Origin: Phyllosticta citribraziliensis
Lineage: Eukaryota
Assembly: GCF_038025025.1 (NCBI RefSeq)
Contig: NW_027117340.1
Coordinates: 1-64,000, forward strand
DNA length: 64,000 nt
Reading direction: 5' to 3'
Under the pieces are notes generated by a model. The model ran no database searches, had not been told where the DNA came from, and worked only from the letters and a program-made list of their open reading frames with translations. Shown here piece by piece: positions 25,601 to 37,622 of the stretch. The translations under genes were made by a program, and so were the position numbers. The stretch's first letter is position 1; each line of letters starts with the position of its first letter.

Positions 25601-27122
25601 AAGAGGGAGCCGGCAATGAGACCCTGTATCAGAGTCGCAAACTGCAAAAAGATTTGGGTCCACTTGTCTCCCCAGAGAATCTGGTACTGGCGGATCACAC
25701 AAGCCCTGACTTGAGTAAGGAAACTCGTCGTCAACGGGGATGAGTTGGGAAGGCTCTTGTTCTTTTCGTATTGAACCTGCGCCTTGAACTCCTCGGTGTA
25801 TTGCGCAGCTTCTGAAGTTTGGGGATATTCGTATTCGGCGATCATGGCGGGCTTGATGAGCGACTTGTCGTACTCTGCCTTGATCTCATCCGCGTTTCTT
25901 GGGAATCGATTGTCAAAGCCGGGGGCAATGACTCGCTCGGTTGGAACGGTGACGCCAGTGAGGAAATCTCCCTTGTTTGCAGAGGGATCGCAGACGAATC
26001 CGAGGTGCTCCATGAAGGGCACAGCTTGGTCGCCGGGACCGTAGTAAATTTGCTTGCCGCCGTCGAGCAAGAGAACCTTGTCGAAGAGGTTGTAAATACC
26101 GTTTCCGGCCTGGTAGAGGGTCACGATGGTAGTGAGGCCGAGAATATCCGTCATGGCGCGAATGGCCTTGGTGTACTCGAGGGCCGTCGAAGCATCCAGT
26201 CCTCGCGTCGAGTTGTCCCATGCCCATACAGAGCCTCGAGTGGCCAGGCACTCGATGATTGACACACGCTTGCGCTCTCCGCCAGAAACTCCTCGAACGT
26301 ACTCGTTGCCAACCTTGGTATCATACGTGTGCTCAATGCTCATGGATCTGAGCAGATAGTCTTTCATTCCCGTGACATATTCTTCAGGCGTATTCACGCC
26401 AGGAGGCAGATGAGCGGGAACCTTCATGCGAGTCGCAAAGTCGATGGTCTGTCCAACCGTGAGGGCAGGGAAAAAGATTTCTTCCTCGGTGTTCATGACG
26501 ATTTGTCCTCGGTATTGCTTGGCTTGCTTGTGATCCAGGTTTCCGAACTTGACGTCTCCGGTGATTTCCTCGTATCCAAGTCTCCGGTTCGAAAGCATGC
26601 TGAGCAGGGTGGTGCAGCCGGCGCCAGGACGGCCAAGAACCAGCAACATCTCGCCTGGCTTGACGCATCCATGCGAGTCTTGAATGATGGTCTTCAAAGG
26701 CTTGCCCTTCGGGCCACCTTTGTTGGGTTTGTACTGGGACAAAACGTTCTCCTGGAAAGTAGCATCGCTCGATATGCCTGAAGGTGTTAGACGGGACGAA
26801 GGGAGGATGAGGATTGCTCACCCTTGACTGTAAGGTTCTGCCACGTAACTCCTAACCTGGCACTTCTCGCCCCATCTTCGTAGTTCTCTTGCTTGATGCG
26901 TCTGAGGTCTTCAGTCATGTGCCAATCCTCGGCCTTGGTAGCTCCGCTACTCTCCAAAACATCTTTCTCGTCGTCCTTGTCGTCTGGTGAATTCAAGTCT
27001 CCGTCCGAGTCAAACTCTTTGCTTCTTGAGCTTTCGCTCACCGTGAAGCGAGGCAGTCCATTGGAATCCAGAGAATGAGATCGAACAATCTCTTCGAGGT
27101 TGTCGGGGGGGTAGGCTGCCAT
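22650..27122 (-). CDS. Full-size PDR/ABCG multidrug ABC transporter (AtrB-like)
   Basis: NBD1 has GRPGAGCTT and [13 protein letters not shown]2 has [17 protein letters not shown] and LDEPTSGLD. Two TMDs and three introns. Confidence 0.95.
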
Positions 27123-29555
27123 GGTCGTGCCTGTGGTTGGCTCGAGAGCCAGAGGAGACTATTCGTTTCGCGGCTGGTGTGGTTTGCTTCGGCTGCAGGT
27201 CTAGCGGGAATGTGAAAGAGGAGAAGATGGCAGTAAAAGTACCAACAGCAACGGCAGTGCCCGGAGCTACTTGAACGCGAACGACGATTAGTCTGGTTGA
27301 AAATGATCGGACCAAACAAATCCAGAACGAGCGTCCGACCTGTGTACTAAAAGGCTAGGCACCCGTGCTGTGGTGAGTGTTCAAGCATCAATGAAGCTTA
27401 TATCAGCCTCATGGGCGTTTTGTGGGCAAGTGGTTTGTCGGTTCCAGGGTCCGTGGCCATTCACGGTGCTATCCGGACCTCGGACTTTTGAACAAAGGCG
27501 GTCCGTTCTGGGGAGCGCCCTGGAAAAAGATTGCCAAGGACCGAGCGTGCAAGGCGGAAGCCACCATGCACCACCCCGAAGGCAAGATCTATAGCGGTGG
27601 TTCAAGTGACGTCGCGCGGTCATGGTTCACGCCTTTGGCGTAGTCTCGCAGAAAAGCACCACTACCGAACTGTTCAAAACCAGGCACAGAACGACTTCTG
27701 AGGCAGATCGGACTTTTGCTGGGCCGTCTTCGATGGTGGCCAGATGTGTTCTCGACGTTGCGCCATCTCCCTCGTCAGCGAGTCAGACACCCAGATTCGA
27801 GAAACAGGGGGTAAGACCGAGACGGAGGGCCGAAGGCGGTCTAGTGCGTCTTGTCCGTTGGCGGGGGCTCGGACTAGTCGAAGCCCCGAGCTGGCATGTT
27901 GGCCAGCGCAACGTAGACACGTCGGGCGCTGCAGGAAATGTCCGGCAAAGGCCGGGATTTTCAGGCTTCCAGCGGCCAACACTGCAACATCAACATCGTT
28001 TGTTCCCTCTGTATGTACAACGCAACAATTACTGATCGTTGCGCGCAGGAACTGCTGTCTTATGTGTCACAGACCCCAAACGACTTTGCAAAATGAGCCC
28101 TGCACCTTGGCAGTGCATTTTCTTCGGACCTCAAACACGACAATTCCGCGGTTTGACAGCCACGGACGTTATAACTGTCCGACTTGCACAGTTTCCACAC
28201 GACATCCAGACTGTGGATTACAGATCGCGCACAATGCAAGTCGCGAGATGCCAAGATGAGCTGCCTGGAGTGCTTACCACGCACGGGGCTCGGGGCCTAG
28301 GGCGTCAGGGTCCGTAACGCGAAGACGAAGGGCGGCCCTGGTCGTCTCGACGACCCAAGGCAGCATCAACGACGTCATGGAGTCCGATGCGGTTGTACAG
28401 TCAGGTTCAAGGAGTCGGCTTGCAGTTTTCCTTCGGATTCCGACTATTTCGGTCAAAGTCGTTGCTCCGTCGCTGTCAAAATGTAAGCTTGATGCGGCGG
28501 GCGGCTGTTGCAGATCAGTTTGGCCAAGGTCAACGTGCTTAACTTGAAGACATGCTGACGCGGAGGTCGGTGGTTGCGGGCGGTACGAGTAGTGGTGTTG
28601 TTGGTGATGAACGCGACCTGACATGACCTCCCGTCGTTCCGCTGCCGTGGTGTCAGCAGGCCGGCAAGCACGGGCCACACACCTTGATGGTGTCTTCCCA
28701 GCGTCAAGGAGCCTCTGTCGTTCGACACCTCTTATATGGACGTCGCCCCGTTCGTCGCGCTCCAGTTCGGCATCCCCGTCCCGATTCAGTCCCTTTCCCT
28801 CGCCCTCGCCGTTAAGTCGCTTCTCCGTCGCCGGTCAAACAGCGTGGTGCCATGCTCAGTCACGGCCATGATTACCTATCGGATTATTCAGGCCCCAACC
28901 ATCTCTGGCTGACGGTTCACTAACCACCCAACGGCACCTCCAATCTGAGGCCAGCAAAGCACAGCACAGCAATCGCTATAGTAAGCACCGCCCTGTGGAT
29001 AGATTTCGACTAATCAGTTTTCGGCCTCCTGGGTTTTGCGTTCTTCTGTCCGCGCCGCTGACCAAGATGCTCACAGACCTCTCCCTCGTTCTTCATGGCG
29101 TGACGTCACGCCAATCCCTCCCCAATCTAGACCATTTTCCAACTGGCGATCTGCTCGACCGAGTCGTGAACGAGCCTTGAGAGAGAGGCGCAACGGCGAC
29201 CGCAGAACTCGCCTCGGATGGCAACAATCAAGAGGCGTGTACAAGACACGCGCGGCAAGAGGGGTTAGCGTTGTCGTGGGACCAGTGAGAGAAATCCACC
29301 AGCAGCCACACGGGCACGTTGCAGAGAGCAAGAGAACGCTCTGGACGAAAATGACCGCCATGGCGGATCTGAGCGGACTTTGACTGGGATGCCCCGCCGA
29401 TTAAAACCGACGTCACCAAAAGCCCACGAGTCGGACAACGCTCTTTGACTTAAAAGCCCCTCCCGCTGTACCCTTCTCGTCCAACAACACAACTCTCTTC
29501 GGACAACACCTCTCCTCGATTCACGCAGTATCTTCTCACGCAACACCTCCTCACA

Positions 29556-30720
29556 ATGTCTCCGCAACTCCCGAAAACCTACAAGGCCGCGGTCTTTGAG
29601 AAGCACAACTCTCCTCTGGTCATCAAGGAGTTGGAGCTCAAGCACCCCCAGCAGGGTCAGATTCTCATCAAGGTCCACGCCTGTGGTGTCTGCCATTCCG
29701 ATGCCATGCTCAAGGAGGGTATGATGGGCGAAGTGTAAGTTGGTTGAGGAAGAAGCTTTTTGGATATTTTGCCAACGTTTTGCAGCCCCAGAATTCCCGG
29801 ACACGAAATCGTTGGAACCGTCGTCGCCGTCGGTCCTGGTGAGAAGAAGTGGCAGATTGGAGACCGCGTCGGTGGCGCTTGGCACGGAGGTCACGACGGT
29901 ATTTGCAAGTCTTGCAACCGTGGATTTTTCCAGACCTGCGTCCAGGCAGAGGTCAACGGCATCACCCGGGACGGTGGATGTAAGTCAACAACTTGCTTCA
30001 ACAAGACACCGCTGACAACTCCAGACGCCGAGTACACTCTCCTCCGCACTGAGGCCGCCGTCAGCGTGCCCAAGGAGCTCGACCCCGCCGAAGCCGCTCC
30101 CTTCCTCTGCGCTGGTGTCACCGTCTTCAACTCCCTCAGGAAGATGAACATTGTCCACGGAGACACCGTCGCCGTTCAGGGTCTCGGTGGCCTTGGTCAC
30201 TTGGCCCTCCAGTACACTCGCAAGATGGGATACAAGACTGTCGCCATCTCCAGCAGCGACTCGAAGAGGGACTTTGCCTTTAAGCTCGGCGCCAACGCCT
30301 ACATTGACACGAGCAAGGAGGATGCCGCCGAGGCTCTGCAAAAGATGGGAGGCGCGTCGTGCATCGTCGTCACTGCTCCCAACCCCAAGATTATTGGTCC
30401 TCTGATCAACGGTCTCGGCATTGAGGGCAAGCTGCTCATTCTTGCTCGTAAGTCAGATACACCCCAATGCTGAACCACGCTAACATGTCGCAGCCGTCGG
30501 AGACATCCCGGTCAACACCGTCCCCCTGATTGTCAAGGGCGCCAGTGTGCACGGCTGGCCCGCGGGTCACGCGCTCGACAGCGAGGAGGCTCTTGCCTTT
30601 GCGCAGAACCAGGACGTCAAGTGCCTGATTGAAAAGTTCCCGCTCGAGAAGGCTGACGAGGCGTTCGAGTACATGATGGCCGGAAAGCCAAGGTTCCGTG
30701 CCGTTTTGACCATGGACTAA
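29556..30720 (+). CDS. Zn-dependent alcohol dehydrogenase (MDR)
   Basis: ACGVCHSD, PGHEIVG, CKSC..C, APFLCAG and GLGGLGH motifs; ends RFRAVLTMD*. Three introns. Confidence 0.92.
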
Positions 30721-30863
30721 GTTCGTGGCCATGGACTAAGCTTGGGGGTTCGGAAAAGTTGATTTCTTCTCATGATGTCATGTCTATCAAATCTAATTCT
30801 TTGGAAGTTATATTCTCAATCCACAAAACACTCTCACACGTCTACTCAACCATTCTTTTGGCA

Positions 30864-31691
30864 CTATGCTGACTCTCTCTTGTTCAACTCGGCTTCTTCA
30901 CAAGATGATTCCACCGGAGCGTGCTGAATTCTCTTCAGCGTCCAGCCCACCGCCAGGTAGATGAAGACGACGGCCAACTCCATCAACACTCCCATGCCAA
31001 AGAGAAGAGCGACGGAGCCCCACACCGGACTGAACCTTGCGGTCTCGCTCGTGTTGAACATGCCAACGGCCGAATACATCATGCGAACAAACATGAATGG
31101 CAGTGAAACGGCCACGGCCACGACGATACGCTTCTCGCCGGGCTCAGCGAAGCCAATCTGCTGGGCTGTCAAAGCCGTCGCAACGACCAAGAGGCCCAAA
31201 ATGACAATCAAGAGGATGATGGCGACCTTGCTCTCGGTCTGACTGGCGGGCACGGCGTCCTTGGTCGAATCGTACGACTTGCCCGCCTTGACGCCGCCGA
31301 CGATGCCGAGCACGAAGGCCACCGTGTTGAGCAGCTCCATCCACTGGATATGGCGGGTGGTGATTTTGACAAAGCCGACGCCGCGCACGCGCTCAATGGA
31401 GCCCAGGGCGCGCGACAGCAAGCCCAGCGCCATCAACTCAAAGGGCGATAGTGCACTGGCGAGGAGCACCCATTCCGCCGTGTACAGCGATGTGTTGTGT
31501 GGGTCGTTGATGGTTGCAAGTTGGAAAGACGAGGACAGCAAACGCGCCAGGATGAAGGTGAGGAGGAAGCGCCAGCCGCTTGAGCTGCGGAAACCGTGGC
31601 GGATGCAGAGGATGACGGCTATGATTATTGCCGGGGAGTAGAGGAGGATTTGTATAATGGAGAAGGCGTCGCGGAAGCCGATGTGCGTCAT
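30864..31691 (-). CDS. Multi-pass integral membrane protein (fungal 7TM family, DUF7702/RTA1-like)
   Basis: Intronless 275-aa ORF with about 7 hydrophobic segments and the motifs RHGF..SGW and SLPFMFVRMMYS. Confidence 0.75.
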   Translation of the reverse strand: MTHIGFRDAFSIIQILLYSPAIIIAVILCIRHGFRSSSGWRFLLTFILARLLSSSFQLATINDPHNTSLYTAEWVLLASALSPFELMALGLLSRALGSIERVRGVGFVKITTRHIQWMELLNTVAFVLGIVGGVKAGKSYDSTKDAVPASQTESKVAIILLIVILGLLVVATALTAQQIGFAEPGEKRIVVAVAVSLPFMFVRMMYSAVGMFNTSETARFSPVWGSVALLFGMGVLMELAVVFIYLAVGWTLKRIQHAPVESSCEEAELNKRESA

Positions 31692-32349
31692 GGTTTGATG
31701 TTGGGCTCAATTGGAGGATTGGTGGTTTTCGAGCACTTGCTGGTGAGATCAAGTCTCTTGTTGACTTTTGGTATGATGCTGATGCTACATTACTTGACAA
31801 ACGAAACAAAGAAAACATATATACTCTCCGCGCGCGACATGATGCTCCAAGGCGTCGAGGCTGTGAAGGTCAAACGGACTCCAATTGAGGTATCCACTGC
31901 GTGGGGTCGGCCAAGCGACGCAGGCTGTGGTAGGATTCTGCAGCTTTGGTCAACTCGCAACGTCAGATTTGGTGTTCTTGAGGAGCAGGCAGAAACAAAA
32001 GTGAACAAGCGCTTGGGGGCGCTCGCAAAGCTGGCCCGAAGTAGACTAGCGCCGTAAGCAACATGACGCATGGTCCAGCGTTTGACTGCGCCTCCAGCCC
32101 CCACCACTCGACGACATGTTCCTATTAACCACTCCCCCCGCCCAGCATGCCCATTCAGGTCACCTCTGCGATGCTCTTCGGCGCTACCCACCCCCAAGCT
32201 TTGCCTGCTGTGCTCATCCGCAAAGCTTGTCCACACCGCAACCCTTCCATGGAGCACTGTGGCTTGGATCCTCACGAATAGAAGCTTCCGATTGATCGAC
32301 TCGCCCCATAATCACCTGCGGGGGCCACACTGGCTCCACACGTGGCACC

Positions 32350-34065
32350 ATGGTCTACTGCGGAAAACCGTCCAAAGGGTGCCACACATGCCGCCAACGA
32401 AAGATCCGAGTGAGCAAACAATTGGACCTCTCAGTGCTAAGCTTTTTTTTTTAACCACCGAGTCAGTGTGACCAACAGCCGGATGGATGCTCCCAATGTG
32501 CCAAGTCGAAGCGGACATGCCCCGGTTACCGTTCCCAGTTGGATGTCATGTTCCGCAATGAGAGCACGCGGATTGAGAAGAAAGTAAAAGCACGGGCAAA
32601 GGTCTCCCGTTCCACCGTTCCAAGCCAATCTGGATCTCCCAACTCCGCAATCACCTCCGAGACTGCTCCTGGATCTCCTAACACCTCCCCTGCTTCCACG
32701 GAAGTTGCTCTCGTCCAGCCTTCTTTTGTTGTCTCCCCTGCTCCCAATGTGGATGAACTTGCAACGGGATATTTCACGTCCAACCACTGCAGCCATGTCT
32801 TCTTCGGGCCAAATACGGGCGTCTTCTCTGCCAAACTGGCAGACCCGTGGATTACGGACATTACCCCAGCACTGCTTTACTGCATGAAGGCGGTTGGATT
32901 ATCAGGACTATCCCGCTTGCACCATGACCCAAGGATGCTCAACCGAGCATGGGGTCAATATGCGGAAGCCATTCGAATGACCAACGAAGCCCTGGCATCG
33001 CCGACAGAGGCGCTCAAGGACGGGACTCTCCTTTCAGTCATCATCCTCGGAGTCTTTGAAAGTTCAAACGGCCGCACGCGGCAGTCTCTCGATGCTTGGG
33101 CAGCCCACATCAGTGGTGCGGCAGCGCTTTTGTCACTCCGCGGTCGCCGCCAGGTCACGACGGCCGTGGGCCGCCGAATGTTCTTCCAAGTCACGTCCAG
33201 CATGTTAATCAACTGCATTCAAAAAGACATCCCCTTCCCAAAGGAGGTGCAGGCACTCATGGATAGCATGCGAGACGCGCGGCAAAACTCGAGCAATGCG
33301 CCAGACCCGTTTCAGCCCATCTGGCGGCTGCGAGAACTCATGGTGGAGCTCGCAAACTTCCGGGCCGACGTCTTCAACAAGAACATGACGGACCCGCACG
33401 ACATCATCGCGCGCTGCATCGAACTCGACACAGCCATCCTGTCCAGCATGCAAGCCTTCCCGGCCGACGTGGCCTACACGCGCGTTTACACCGACGCCGA
33501 CCCGGACGTCGTGCTCGACGGCTTCTACGACATCTACCCCGACTTCTGGATGGTGCAGACGTTCAACACGATGCGCAACTTCCGCATCCTGCTGCACAGC
33601 ATGATCCGCGGGACGCTGCTTCGCGGCTTCACGGCCAAGCCGCCGCTCTTCACGCAGCCGCAATACACGCGCCAGCTGCAGCTCACGCTCGACACACTGT
33701 ACGGACTCCAAGCGGACCTCTGCGCCAGCGTCCCCCAGCAAATTGGCTACGTGTCCAAGGCGCAACGGCAGGGCAGCAGTCCGCTGCCGCAGCGCCACAA
33801 GCCGTGGCTGGATTTCGAGAACGACCTCTTGCCCGAGTCGTGGCAGATTGGCACCGAGCACCTGCCGCTCGTGCGGTCGTCGGGCAACAACTTGTTGAAT
33901 TGGAGCTTGTTTTTGATCGGCAATATGGATATTACGACGGAGAAGACGCGGGCGTGGGTTATTGACCGCTTGGAGGAGACGGGGAGTATGATGGGCATGC
34001 ATCATGGCACGGTGCTGGCCAAGTTTGTCAGGGAGTTGAGAGATGCGAATAGAGAGAAGCGGTGA
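32350..34065 (+). CDS. Zn2Cys6 transcription factor
   Basis: MVYCGKPSKGCHTCRQRKIR|CDQQPDGCSQCAKSKRTCPGY is joined across an intron at ~32409-32466. A fungal TF domain follows (W.AHISGAAALLSLRG). Confidence 0.92.
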
Positions 34066-34839
34066 TGTGTTTCTCTGCTCTTATGTTCCCCTTTACGTCC
34101 ACACCTTTGAGATACCTCTTTCTGATCTTTTCTGGTGCAGCGGGTCGGCCTTTCAATCTAGACTTTCTTTCGCAACTGACAAGTTCAACAGCTTGAGGCT
34201 CCTTGCTTTTGTACGCGGTGCTGAATTGCAGGATCTTGTCATAGACGTCGTGAATCACATTCGCGCCTGGATGACTGGACTCCTTTTCCGGATCGTCGAC
34301 GCTCCTTAGTATTTCGGGCATGGTTGTTCAACTGCTCTTCCGTATGCAACAGATGAGGCGTCAGGTAAGCCGTTCAACATCTCACTATCTCTCGCAAATC
34401 ACTGACCCATGTTCTCAATGTTTGCCTCTACAGGCCCAACCAAGCACCCCATGCGCGAAGAAGTGACAAGATGGAGACTGGAGCACCGATCCGCCGGCTC
34501 TAGACGTTGTTCTGCGCAGTCACAGACGCGAAGGTGCCGTGAACCAGCGCGGTACCCTCCATTGCCGCTATTTGTCGTGGAATGCCGATCCCACTGCCAC
34601 CAGTTACATCCGGATGCCTCCAGTCTTGGGTGATTCGCGGATTCCCCTCACGTAGATACTTCCTGTTCTGCTCACGGTCGACTCGAAGTTCCGCGGCTAA
34701 GTTGCGTAGCAGCAAGGCAATTCGACGCAGGTCTTTGTCCTCCTGCAGGCACCAGAGCTTTCTACTTGTCTCATGGGTCATGGAAGAGTGATGACGCTGG
34801 AATTTCTGGCCTTCTTTCCACAGCTGACACCACAAAAGA

Positions 34840-36608
34840 GCGTGTACCTTCTGTCATTACCGGTCGGGAGAAACGACTCGTGTCGACCATGGCGTCTGCA
34901 CCCAGCAATGCGGTCGCGATTACAGTACTTGTCAGCATAGCTGCAAGACGGCCTGCCACGGGGATCAGCAGTGTCCATTGTGCGACGAGCCGTGCGACGT
35001 TTCCTGCAACCATTCGAAATGTGACAAGAAGTGCCATGAGCCATGCGCCCCTTGTGCCGAGGCGGACTGCTCTACTCATTGCGAACATAGTCGCTGTACA
35101 AAACCATGCGCTGCTCCTTGCGACTGGCTCCCGTGCTCAAAGAGGTGCCCCAAGACTCTGGAGTGCGGTCATCAATGTAAGTTTTCCTCCTGAATTCTTG
35201 CATTTGAAGCTAACAAGACACAGGTCCCTCTGTCTGCGGAGAATCATGCCCAGACCCCAGGTACTGCCACGTGTGTGCGACGGACGACATCAAGGATCAG
35301 GAAGTGGAATTCATCCTGATGACGACCTACGGCGAAATCGATCCAGACGAGGACCCCTGCATTTTCCCATCTTGCGGACACGTCTTGACGGTCGAGAGCA
35401 TGGACGGCATCATGGGTATGTCAGAGCACTACGACTTTGCTGAAGACAGGTCCATTGTGGGCATCAAATCCACGAGCGCCGACCCCATGTCAAGCGACAA
35501 GATCAAAGGCTGTGCCAAATGCCGCGGATCGCTGCGAGACGTCTGCAGGTACGGCCGAATTGTTCGTCGCGGTCTCTTGGACGAATCCACCAAGAAGTTT
35601 ATTTCCTGGTCCGGAAAGGAATACACCAATCTCAGCGGCAAGCTGGACACGTTACAGCAACAATTGGTAGACACCTACGATCGTGTCACGGTGCACCCAA
35701 ACCAGCAAGATGAGAAGCCGAAGTTGAATGTCACGGGGGCGCCACTCATGCAAAAGAGACAAGTCATGCGGACGGCTCGCGAGTTGGGGCTCACGGAACG
35801 TTATAGTGCCATCTTCTTGGTTCGAGAGACCGTCAGGAGGCACTCCCGCAAAGTCCACCAGGAAGAGCAGCCATTCAAGAAAGTGTTCAACCTCTGCGAA
35901 GACGCTCGACGCCGCCGGCAGCTAACTTCGACCTTTGAGGTGCCTCGAGACATGGTCCAGACCGGAGCCCACGTCAGAGCGACTGGCCTCCTGCTCCGCT
36001 GCGACCTGGCTGTACTGTCAGACGTCGTGACTGTCTATCGCGAAAAAGTCCCCTTGACCCATCGCGCCGAGGTCGTCGTCGACCTGCGCGAAAACCGGAA
36101 GATTTGCAACGAGCTGCTTCACGAGGCAAGGTCTTCAGCGCAGCCGCGCCAGTGGGTCGAGGCTCACGTCTTCTTCGCGCAGTACGCAGCCATGGAAGCC
36201 ACCGTCATCGACGAAGAGCGAGCCGGACCGCTGCGCGAGGAGGGCAACGCCCACATTGCCGCTGCTCGCCTTGTCTGCCAGGAGCATCCGGTAACCACGC
36301 GCGGCATGGACGAACAGATCGTCGCAACTGAACGCATGCTCCGTGATTCGACCTTCTATAGCGTCGTCACCAGCGACGAGATGCGCGCAGTTGTGGCGGC
36401 AATGGGTAGGGAATTCAGCGGCACAGGTCATTGGTACTACTGCCGCAACGGACACCCATTCACGGTTGGCGAGTGCGGCGGACCAATGCAGCAGTCGACT
36501 TGCCCGGAGTGCGGCGCGCCGGTGGGTGGGAGGCATCATGAGGCGGCCGAGGGAGTGACTCAAGCGGCCGACTTGGATACGCAGTTCGGAAGGTTGAACA
36601 TGGGATAG
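34840..36608 (+). pseudogene. 5'-truncated ZNFX1-like gene: NFX1-type Zn fingers + RING-like region + C-terminal RZ finger, no helicase
   Basis: Cys/His-rich repeats (CQHSCKTACH, CDKKCHEPCAPC, CGHQC|PSVCGESC across intron 35177-35223), then CGHVLT..CAKCR and an RZ finger GHWYYCRNGHPFTVGECGGPMQQSTCPECGAPVGG. There is an in-frame stop just upstream at ~34825 and no SF1 helicase exons are visible. It could still be an expressed short gene. Confidence 0.7.
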
Positions 36609-37622
36609 AGCACTTACTTCGGTGAAGTGTTCCTCTTGTCACGAAGGAAGGGTTGATGTAGTCAGACAGAGCAGTGACAAATGAAGAAATCTTCTCTACG
36701 AATTCCTGAGCCCCCACGTCGGTGCTCTCGGGGGTTAAACGTCATCGAGATTCCCAAGTCAAAGCCACTGATCGCTTTGGCGGGAACATCCGAAGATCCA
36801 TGCCATCGGCCATTCCGAAACAGGCACAAATGCAAGCCTCGGTACCTCATACGAGATTCGGCGTTTTCTCAAGCGATGCGTCTTGTCATTGACCATTTTT
36901 TAGTCGCAAAGATCGTGACGCACGAAAAAGCAAAGGCAAGTCACGGAGTATTTGTGAACGAACAGCTGACAGAGCATTCAAGCCTCCACTTGCAGAACCT
37001 CGATCGCAGCGGGCGTTCCCGCCCAGATTCATTGAACCTGTGCCCCCACGCCTTGGCATCTTGGGTCAGACCCAGGGCTCGGGGAAAGTGGTGTTGACGT
37101 GACGCAATGCTGCCATCTAAGGTAGTGCAGAAGGAAAAACAAGAGCGCGTGTAACCACACCTTCGGCAGCAGTGTCTGACGGCGGGCCAGCGGTATGCAC
37201 GCGCGAGGAGAAAACCACGTGTAAAGAGCAAGATCCTCCCAGGCGTGCAGAAGAGCCGTCATTTGACTACACCACGCATCAGAGGCGGAGAATTAGACTC
37301 AGTACTGCACGCTGCGAACGAATTATTCCGCCAAGTCCACGGTCTTGCTCATTGTTCGTATTTCCTGCCGGTCAGTCGCTGGCTTTGGGACATTCAGCGC
37401 CCTACCCCTTTGGTCACTCCCGCCATGTCTGAAGAGGTATCGAAAAGTGCTCGCCCGGACATGCATGGCGCGAGGCAGAATGGCTTTGCAGGCGATGCAG
37501 TGTCGCGCTGTCAGATTTGCCATGTCGCACACCAAAAGAAAGAGCCGTGCAAGCAAGCAGCGGGGAAGCCCGTCAATGGCGTTGGGCGGTGGTATAAAGC
37601 GGTGCTGCTGCGGACAGAAGAG

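Noticed and set aside
30710..30740. 12-bp direct repeat CCATGGACTAAG spanning the ADH stop codon
   Set aside because: Only 7 bp lie between the copies, so it is a local slippage duplication and not a target-site duplication of an element.
34028..34835. Minus-strand ORFs 34028-34321 and 34500-34835 as a separate gene
   Set aside because: Short, no recognisable domain, and they overlap the eroded 5' region of the ZNFX1-like gene.
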